Assembly (NCBI GenBank): GCA_964016885.1
Contig: OZ024761.1
Span: 18,662,001-18,726,000, forward strand
Length of the DNA stretch: 64,000 bases
Direction of reading: 5' to 3'
Origin: Eledone cirrhosa
Taxonomy: Eukaryota
Positions within the stretch are counted from its first letter, which is position 1, and each line of letters begins with the position of its first letter. Positions 54,116 to 64,000 of the stretch are shown here, one piece after another. The notes beneath the pieces are model-generated. The model saw nothing but the letters and a program-made list of their open reading frames with translations, was not told where the DNA came from and made no database searches. The position numbers were made by a program, and so were the translations under genes.

Positions 54116-54833
54116 ATAGTGGTTAGGAAGAGAGTTCCGAGGGTGTGTGGGGGAGTGGTGGAAAGACATTTAAAAAAAGGGAGGAAAAACAATTTGTTTA
54201 GAGAGTAAAGGGAATTTTCTAAAAGTACAAATAAAAATAAAAATAAAAATAAAAATCCAGGTAGAAGGAGCAACGTGAAATAAAGTGTCTTGCTCAAGGA
54301 CATAACGCATCGCTCGGTCCAGGAATCGAACTCACAACCTCTGGATTCGCAATCGTGAGGTTGTGAGTTCGATTCCTGGACCTGGCGATGCGTTATGTCC
54401 TTGAACAAGACACTTTATTTCACGTTGCTGCTTCTACCTGGAGTTGCCACCGATAGATAGTATTAGCAATTGGAAAGACCAACGGAAATATATTGTTTTT
54501 GAATGTATTGGCTTCTCCTCCATTTATTTTTGCGTATATATATATATATATAAATTAGAAATTAGAATTGGTGCTCTGAAATAGCGATATATATATGAAT
54601 TTATATATAGTGTATTTTGCAATACAATGTATGCTTAATTAAAAGCATTTCGAAGACCTTACGCTATTGTTTTAGAGTAGTGACACTCTCACTTACTTTA
54701 AATTTTCAGCAAACTGTTTGCTGAAAATTTAAAGTAAGTGAGACTGTCACTACTCTAAAACAATAGCGTAAGGTCTTCGAAATGCTTTTAATTAAGCATA
54801 CATTGTATTGCAAAATACACTATATATACATTC

Positions 54834-54879
<46 letters not shown>

Positions 54880-54881
<2 letters not shown>

Positions 54882-55239
54882 AAGGCAGGTAAAATTCCCG
54901 AGATCCATGGACGAGTTCTCTCCAGCGGTCTCTGTCCCTCATTATCGCTGCCATGTCCTGCGTCTCCAACAGACCAGTGTCTGTCCTTAGGGCATCAACA
55001 TACGTTAACCTTTGTCTTCCTCTTCTAGTGTGTCCATGTAGGGGCTCTCAAAGGAGCACTGAGTGCAAAGTCAACTCTGGATGTCGGTGAGCATGTCCAG
55101 CTAACCTCAGTCTCCTCTTTGCTGTAGTGGAGTCTGTGCTGCTGTATGGGTCTGGGACTTGGACACTGACCAAGAAACTCACTCAGATGGTGGATGGGTG
55201 CTACACGAGAATGCTGAGGATGGCTCTGAACATTAATCA

Positions 55240-55243
<4 letters not shown>
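54880..55243 (-). mobile_element. RTE-like LINE 3' end with inverted 5' segment; similar copy 22624-22935, short copies ~33535-33605 and ~50860-50985
   Basis: minus arm RLRLAGHAHRHPE.. joined to plus-strand ESVLLYGSGTWTLTKK..CYTRMLRMALNI. Confidence 0.75.
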
Positions 55244-55321
<78 letters not shown>

Positions 55322-55755
55322 ATATGTAAAGGGTAAACAGAAGTAAGAACACAATCGGTACAGTATATGGAAGGGATATATTAGGTTAACGCTTGATGTA
55401 GCAGGAAGAGGGACTTAACGTTTCGGAGTTTCGGACACTAGTTCTTCATCAGAAGAAAGAATGAGAAATAAGTTAGATTGAATGATGGGCGGGTTGAAAT
55501 TGGAAAAAATGTCTTTAAATAAAAATAACAGGCCCATTCCTGTTATATATATATAACAAAAAAGTGTGGTAAGAAACCAGGTGGACCATAACGCACCAGA
55601 GTACTCAATACTTAGGGTAGTAGAGTGGGTAATAGGAAAAGAGTCAGGACCCCGACGGCTGAGATCCGACCGTTTCGACAGCTAGATCCAAACTCAGTTC
55701 GGATCTAGCTGTCGAAACGGCCGGAGCTCAGCCGTCGGGGTCCCTTCTCTTCCCT

Positions 55756-55880
<125 letters not shown>

Positions 55881-56108
55881 ATAATAGTAATAATAATAAA
55901 ATTGAAGACTAAAATCCAAAGAGGGCTCGATAAGGAAAATATATATCAAATATATAAAGTAGAAGGGGTATTTAATTTGTTGGAAGTCCGACAAGTATAA
56001 ATGTTTATGACTGATTTAGAGCACTCAACAAGTTACTGACTATCCAGAGATAATCCATCCGATAAGGTATGATTTTCATGGATATGTCTATTTATAAAAC
56101 AAACCTTG

Positions 56109-56171
56109 TATTTTATCTGAGGAAAACGTACCAATGTGTTTTGGTACCCTTGAAATATATATAATAAAATA
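56109..56171 (+). ncRNA. Hammerhead motif (family A relative)
   Basis: tattttat-CTGAGGA-aaacgtaccaa/tgtgtt/ttggtaccctt-GAAA-tatata-TA-ataaaata; stem II sequence differs from family A but still pairs. Confidence 0.78.
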
Positions 56172-56210
56172 AATATGGTTTTATAAATATAGTTTCCATT
56201 TATTTAATAT

Positions 56211-56271
<61 letters not shown>

Positions 56272-56345
56272 GTTATTCCGGGTTGAATCGGAGGTAACCA
56301 CAGTAAGTAAGGTACTCAATACATTGCAGAGTATAAAAGTTTTAA

Positions 56346-56451
56346 TATAGATGAGATTCTACAGGACTAGAACTGTTTCATTCTTTAGAAATCATCAGGA
56401 ATCACTGATGATTTCTAAAGAATGAAACAGTTCTAGTCCTGTAGAATCTCA

Positions 56452-56458
<7 letters not shown>
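56346..56458. mobile_element. Foldback element with hammerhead-like core in both arms; related copies ~58780-58845, ~36470-36560, ~40932-40990
   Basis: inverted arms around ~56400; each reads CTGATGA-tttctaaagaat-GAAAC-agttcta-GTC. Confidence 0.6.
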
Positions 56459-56484
<26 letters not shown>

Positions 56485-57200
56485 CCAGATATAACTCCAT
56501 TCCAGTGGTCATCAACCTTTTGTGCACCAATACCTCCACTTCAACATGTCAAAAATTGTTATCCACCCCCACCCCACCCTCGTTTGATATGAAAACAGCA
56601 ATGATCGACTGCCAAGTGTAAACAAATTGGTGGGTAGTTGGTGTCAGATGTACAATAAATAACACGAATTGTCAGATAGAATGCTTTGCAGTATTCGTTT
56701 CAGTTTTCTGAACTCTTAGAGTTTAAATCCCGCCATCGACAATTAATGGATGAAAGGCAAAGTTGACCTCGGCGGGATTTGAAATCAGGGCGTTCAGAAA
56801 GCCGAAAAAGTACCAGTCTAGTACTGGGGTCGATTCTTCCACTATATATATCTCTTTCTCGATCCATTCTCTCACTCTCTATATCCTTCTTTGGAAGAAA
56901 TCTGCTGTATTCAGAAATCTGGAGAGGAAATGGGTTCCGCCAGGTTTTTAAAAAAAATGTCCAAGAAACACTGTATGTCAAAACTGTGCCTCTACGACTC
57001 CTCTTGGAGTTACGAGCAGGGTTGGATTTTATATATATATAACAAAGAAAGAGCGGTAAGATACCAGGTGGGCCATAACGCACCAGAGTACTCGATACTT
57101 AGGGGAGTTGAGTGGGTAATAGGAAAAGAGTCAGGACCCCGACGGCTGAGCTCCGGCCGTTTCGACAGCCAGATCTGGTTCCTTACCACAACTCCTTCGT

Positions 57201-57237
<37 letters not shown>

Positions 57238-57442
57238 GAACGATCGACTTTCGTCAAATCGGACCGAGGGAACAATGTTTCCGTTGATCTTTCCAATTGC
57301 TAATACTATCTATCGGTCGCAACTCCAGGTAGAAGGAGCAACGTGAAATAAAGTGTCTTGCTCAAGGACATAACGCATCGCCTGGTCCAGGAATCGAACT
57401 CACAACCTTACGATTGCGAATCCAATTCTCTAACCACTCAGC

Positions 57443-57482
<40 letters not shown>

Positions 57483-57961
57483 ACATTTTACAAGTGAAGC
57501 TTGTAGTCTTTCAGATTAAACACTGCATCAAAGGAAGGGGTTGTGATGATAGATAAAAGAAATCTTCTGGGGTGTGGTTAGATTAAGACAAACAACAACA
57601 ACAAACACGTGAGTGGTATTCGTGGTGAACATACCATCCAACACACGTTCACAGAAGAAATAAAGGCTTCGGCATAAAACATTTAAGACTCGCGTGGCAC
57701 AATGGTTAGAGTATCCGGCTCAGGATGTAAGGACGATTAGACATATATATACATATAGAAAACTTGTAATGAAACGATCGTTTGGAAGGAGAGATGTATT
57801 TAATTATGTCTCATAAAATAATTCAGCCGGCTATCTGCAAAATACAATATAATTAGCACCCCAAACATATAATTAGGGTTATACTCAGGTATATCCTAAT
57901 GTTTGTTGAGTGAGATAGATGTCGCTCGGAGTATTGCTTAAAGCTTTCTCTGTTAATGTAT

Positions 57962-58038
<77 letters not shown>

Positions 58039-58202
58039 TGTGTGTGTGTGTGTCTCTTGTGTATATACATATATATATGTATATATATATATGTATACAT
58101 ATATATACCTATTTACATACACACACATGCATATATATATATATGTGTGTGTTGGACCATGTATCTCTCTCTCTCTCGCTCTGTATATATAAATATATAT
58201 AA

Positions 58203-58225
<23 letters not shown>

Positions 58226-58233
<8 letters not shown>

Positions 58234-58704
58234 AAAGCGAGGATGTGTGTGAGTCTGTGGACAACTTTGGACAGCTAAGGCTTTTACAATTCCCAATCGA
58301 ATTTGACCAAATTTTCTGTGCACGCTGCACCTGTCGCTACGATGGTCACATCACAAACATTTTTCAAATCGACCCACGTTGAGCAATAAAAAATCGATAG
58401 CAATATTATTTTTTCTAAAGGTAGAAATCGTTCAAAACAAAATCCTTAAGGGACTTTCAACTTGAGACCTACAACTTTTCAACTGTAGCTTGCACATTTC
58501 TTTGTCACTTGCGACAAACTTGTAGGAGTTTATTCTCTGCACTACAAGGCTCTTAAGCGAGCATCGATTTTCTTCTAAGTCACATGCCTGTGTCAGCAAA
58601 CCCATAAAAACTAAATCCTTATGGGATTTTCCATTCAATTTCCTTCCTAGCTGTATATTCTTAGCATAATTTCAAACCCCGGGCAACGCCGGGTAAATCT
58701 GCTA

Positions 58705-58705
<1 letters not shown>
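58226..58705 (+). mobile_element. Non-autonomous Helitron-like element; 5' partial copy at ~27870-28230
   Basis: 5' tatataaaagcgaggatgtgtg; 3' hairpin cccgggcaacgccggg about 8 nt before a terminal CTAG followed by T. Confidence 0.75.
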
Positions 58706-58747
<42 letters not shown>

Positions 58748-58839
58748 ATAAACATGTCAGTGCATGTATCTCTCTCTCAGGGCTTCCTGATGATTTCTCA
58801 CGAATGAAACAGTTCTAGTCCGGTAGAAGCTTTTCTATA

Positions 58840-58926
<87 letters not shown>

Positions 58927-59050
58927 GTGTGTGTGTGTTTAGACAGGTGTATATACGGCAACAGCAATTGTTCTCTAGTTCCAGGTCAGTCTTACTGGTG
59001 AGAAAGAAGATTTACGTATGAATGATCATATAATCATATATTTCTAGCAT

Positions 59051-59081
<31 letters not shown>

Positions 59082-59097
59082 TATACATATATATATA

Positions 59098-59316
<219 letters not shown>

Positions 59317-59440
59317 ATGTATATATATATATATATACATGCGGCAGTTAGAATATTCTTTAGAGCCAGGCGAGCCGTTAGGCGGCCGCCGACCTGCTAG
59401 AAATAGCAGCGAAAAGGAGTACATTTCTTATATATATATT

Positions 59441-59627
<187 letters not shown>

Positions 59628-60052
59628 GGGTGGTGGGGTTCATATTTTTACTATCAATCCACTGCAGACGGGAATGTGAAAGAGGGGGCGGCGGTGAGTG
59701 TTAGATTCCAGCTTACGGGAGCGGCGCAGAGGGGTAAGGAGTGTAAGGCGAATGCCAATGGTGGTGGGGGCTTGGCTTCTGTGTGGAGGACGGAGTGGGG
59801 GATTGGTTTGTGGGTGGAGGACGGAGATTACACGCAGAATAAAACTTCAAATGACTATTTCAGTCTCTGTAAAAAAAAAAAAAAAAAAATAATGAAGAGA
59901 AGAAAAACTTACTCTTTCGCCCTATATGGCGGCCCTGCGTGTAGATGATGGTTGCTTGAAGTGGGGCTGAGTAGAGCCGAACTCCTGGCTAAATATTTCA
60001 TGGTTGGCTCTTGTTATTCAATTAATAACGCCACAGTGTATCTATAAAGTTT

Positions 60053-60110
<58 letters not shown>

Positions 60111-60365
60111 GTTTGTGTGTGCGTGTCTATGATATATATATATATACATACCTATATATACATATATATGTATATATATATATGTATACGTATATATACA
60201 TACGTATACATATATATATACGTATACATATATATATGTGTGTGTTAGTGTGCGTGTATGTATATATATATATATATATATGTGTGTGTATGTATATATA
60301 TATACACTGACGTATAGATATATGTATACGTATATGTATATGTATACGTATATATATATGTATAC

Positions 60366-60438
<73 letters not shown>

Positions 60439-60619
60439 CATATATATATATATACTCTTTTACCTGTTCCAGCCATCCGACTGAGGCCATGCTGGGGCAC
60501 CGCTCTTGTTGCTACACATTTTATCTCCAGCCTGTATTGGTTGGCCACTGGTGTAAGAGTAAAATATATATATATATAAGAGTAAAGTATATATATATAT
60601 ATATATATACATATATATA

Positions 60620-61050
60620 TGGTGGCTGCCAACTCGTTTTCGAGTACGGCCACTACTTTATATCCATGTAGGAGAACCCTTACCGATGCGCTGAACGAGT
60701 GACTTTTTAGTCCAGCCTGCGACATGAAAACTCTGGTACAAACACTAAACCTGTGACAATTATTGACACATAGTGCTGGGCCCATGGTACCATGTGATGA
60801 CAAGTGCAGAGAGATCTCCAGATATAAAGCAATGCCTGTGCCGTGAAGCTTTTATAGTGAGCAAAGGCACTGCACAAAGCCAGTCCCACTCTCTTAACCA
60901 AGATGATATTTACCAAAAAGAAGAACAAGTCAACATCATTGGATACCATCAGGGTTGCAGGTGTTATATCAGAGTTTTCCTTCTCCTACAATTCTGCCTT
61001 GAAAAAGGCTAAGGGGTCATCTCTCCCGGTGATTTTGAATGGCCATTGAC
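60620..61050 (-). mobile_element. RTE/BovB-like LINE 3' end with C2H2-like tail; copies 24198-24510 and 31885-31965
   Basis: [17 protein letters not shown] in the 24.3 kb copy; shared 3' tail gagttggcagccacc(AT)n. Confidence 0.62.
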
Positions 61051-61091
61051 TCTTAAGAGCTCCTTTGCCCATACATACATACATACATACA

Positions 61092-61122
<31 letters not shown>

Positions 61123-61913
61123 CAGACATACATACATATCAGACCTGCCAACTTCTAAAAACCCAAACGGGGAGTACCATGAAAATGTGGCCCAAAAGCG
61201 GGAAAAATGAGGCAATATGGTGAGATTTTGCATAATTGTTTCTACTTTTGGCACAAGGCCAGCAATTACCCAGTGCATTACTGGTACTTTATTTTATCTA
61301 CCCTGTAAGGATGAAAGGCAAAGTTAACCTCGGTGGCATTTGAACTCAGACCGTAAAGGGACGTAACTCTGCTGGAAAGCATGACGTCCGACTCTCTACC
61401 GATACTGCCAATCCACAACAAAATCGAATTATTTTACCTATTCATATGATTGTTTTACGATCGTTTTTGAAGGGTCGATCATATTAACATATTGACTGAT
61501 CTATAGCAGCTATATAACTGTATATTACCAGACTTCATATATAGGTTCGATCAGACGTTCTTAGGAAACAATGTTGTTGTTATTTTCATTATTATATTTA
61601 TACCTCATATCTGACTCTGTATGTAAGGAATTCACTCAGCGGAACACGGAACCTTTCTACGGATTTCATTGGATTACTCGGCATTAGATTACATTGACTT
61701 CTATCTATGGTGGTACAGACCCTACCACCGAGGGTAGACCACATTGAATATATATATATATATATTAATTGTATCTTTCAATATGAATGTAATCTCTAAG
61801 TGTGTACTGCCACTCTAAATGCTGTAATGAATGTTGACCCACAATATTTGCATATGTATCTGTATGTCTCTTGGGTGAAAAGGAGGTCATACAAGTGTTC
61901 ATTCATTAATAAA

Positions 61914-61961
61914 TTGCTCCGAAGAATCCAAACCTCGGTTTGGAGGAAACAGTTGTAAGCA
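61914..61961 (+). ncRNA. Hammerhead-like motif with variant core CCGAAGA, second copy
   Basis: same layout as 53859-53906; stem III cagttg. Confidence 0.58.
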
Positions 61962-62746
61962 TAAAAATGTTTTGAACAGTTCTTTGATTCTTATAATTCA
62001 TATATATATATATATATTTTTTAAAAACTACCTGGTTGAGTGCTTATTCGATTTGTGCTGCCTAAGCAATTTTTTGTATGATATACACATACTGAATTCA
62101 TTTGCCAAAATATGGGGAATTTCCGCTTGTGACTTACGCTTGTGCGTTTACTAACTTCTGCGTCACTCGCAAAATTGGTTACAGAACAAAATTACCTGTT
62201 GATAACGTGATATTCCTTGTTCGATCTTTATGCTGAAAGCTTATAGTTTTAAGCAGACAGTATTATTGATTTAGGTGTAGGGCGGTGGATTGGCAGTATC
62301 GGTAGAGAGTCGGACGCCATGCTTTGACGCATAGAGTTACGGCCCTTGCCATTCTGAGTTCAAATCCCGCCGAGGTTAACTTTGCCTTTCATCCTTACAG
62401 GGTCAATAAAATAAAGTACCAGTAATGTACTGGTGTAATTGCTGGCCTTGTGCCAATAGTAGAAACAATTATTGATTTAGGTGTCATAGAAACCCTACAT
62501 TTGGATTTTACCACCAATTCCATTTGGGTCCAGGTCGATTTTTATCATTTATTTTGTTTGACCTGTTTAACTTGATTTGTTTTTTGGCTTAGGTGGTTAA
62601 TGCCTTCTTAACCACTTTTTCAGTTTGTATGGCGTTTTAACATATTGTTTAGCTCTAATGTTTTTAACTATTGAGCGCTTGCCACCATTTCTACGATTTT
62701 GCGTTTCGTTTCGCTTTTTCTACCAGCCGAAATACGATTCTCGCTG

Positions 62747-62798
<52 letters not shown>

Positions 62799-62922
62799 CG
62801 GTAAATATTGATGCAATTCAATCAAGCACTCGACGTATTTTTTCCACATAAGAAAAACCGGAGTATATTTAGAATGAGAAAATGCAAAGTAGTTTCAGAT
62901 GTTAAAGTCCTTTATTGATAAG

Positions 62923-62997
62923 GCTGTGATACATATTTCGATATTGACAGTGGCCACACGATTCTGTGTACCCAGTGCCGTGATCTCATCAGACAGC
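62923..62997 (-). ncRNA. Hammerhead motif, left arm of a foldback
   Basis: minus strand: gctgt-CTGATGA-gat...atc-GAAA-tatgta-TC-acagc. Confidence 0.75.
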
Positions 62998-63124
62998 TTC
63001 TTATATAATAAGGTTATGTTCTCAAGGTAATCCAAACAGAAACGACAAGGGAACGGACAAAGCGTGTGTTCTTGAATCGTTTCTGTTTGAATTGCCTTGG
63101 GAACGTAGCCTTATTATATAAGAA

Positions 63125-63199
63125 GCTGTCTGATGAGAGCACGGCACTGGGTACACGGAATCATGTGGCCACTGTCGTCATTGAAATATGTATCACAGC
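63125..63199 (+). ncRNA. Hammerhead motif, right arm of a foldback
   Basis: gctgt-CTGATGA(63130)-stem II-GAAA(63183)-tatgta-TC-acagc. Confidence 0.72.
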
Positions 63200-63307
63200 A
63201 TTATCAATAAATGACTTTAACATCTGAAACTATTTCGCATTTTCTCATTCTCTCTTTCTCTCTCTACATATATTATCTTTTATTATTGGTGTTATTATTT
63301 TAAAATA

Positions 63308-63500
63308 AGGGCGGTGGATTGGCAGTATTGGTAGAGGGTTGGACGCCATGCTTTGCAGCATAGAGTTACGGGCCTTTACGATCTGAGTTCAAATCCCGCC
63401 GAGGTTAACTTTGCCTTTCATCCTTACGAGGTCGATAAAATAAAGTACCAGGAATGCACTGGGTAATTGCTGGCCTTGTGCCAAAAGTAGAAACAATTAT
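63308..63500 (+). mobile_element. Abundant ~190-bp SINE (family 1). About 20 copies, e.g. 2143-2330(-), 2836-3022(-), 10908-11105(+), 12738-12915(-), 18253-18442(-), 18758-18940(-), 22264-22440(+), 48317-48507(+), 61232-61415(-), 62279-62472(+)
   Basis: tRNA-like head (tggcagtatcggtag ... gagttcaaatccc), core gcctttcatccttacggggtcgataaaataaagtaccag resembling the MetaSINE domain, (ATT)n tail. Confidence 0.85.
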
Positions 63501-63901
63501 TGGTGTTATTGTTTTCACTCACTTGATTCTCCGATGTATCTATAAATACCAGTGCCATGTGTTACACCCTCCAGTATTCCGATGATTTGATCAGAGACAC
63601 ACACTGTAATTAAGGTCAAGTGACGCAATTTCGAGTGATTAGCGGCCTTTAGACTCACCTGATCAATGGAACAATTGTTAATACTGTAAATAAAACCCTT
63701 TTTGTACAGCCAACCATGTTATTCTTCACTCTTTCACTACTATTACTCCAAGAATAACCTGCATGAGAATTCTCGCAAACTCGCCACCTAACTAAGGAAA
63801 CCTCTTGTTGAGTCAAACAACGCCGTACGTTAAAACTATCCATAGTACAGAGTACGCACAACCTCTAACTGGATTACCTAAAACGATAATTTGTTATCCC
63901 A

Positions 63902-63968
<67 letters not shown>

Positions 63969-64000
63969 CTTTGCTAACTCATCTTTTCATATAAGTAGGC

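Noticed and set aside
63565-63630. CCGATGA possible hammerhead
   Set aside because: No GAAA strand at a suitable position; too degenerate to call.

Overview
AT-rich, microsatellite-dense animal genomic DNA. The SINE repertoire and (TA)n load suggest a mollusc, most likely an octopus-like cephalopod (inference). Two host genes are well supported. One is a five-exon TLC-domain membrane protein (TLCD1/2-like, + strand, CDS 5831-20524, 280 aa). The other is dynein light chain LC8 (- strand, CDS 39998-40267), with a probable non-coding first exon near 45.7-45.9 kb. The rest is tRNA-derived SINEs, LINE remnants (CR1, RTE, R4/Dong-like, Tx1-like), Mariner/Tc1/pogo MITEs, a Helitron-like element and minisatellites. 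The main signal is a dense set of short, ORF-less elements from several unrelated families sitting in (TA)n tracts. About 20 minimal type I hammerhead ribozyme motifs are visible in them (stem I-CUGANGA-stem II-GAAA-short, often palindromic stem III-UH-stem I). They often occur as inverted foldbacks, sometimes mirrored exactly at the ribozyme stem II loop, and share a GAGTRCT motif near the (TA)n end. This resembles non-autonomous Penelope-like or retrozyme-type elements. Most ORFs in the supplied track are microsatellite artefacts. Repeat coordinates were read by eye and are approximate.
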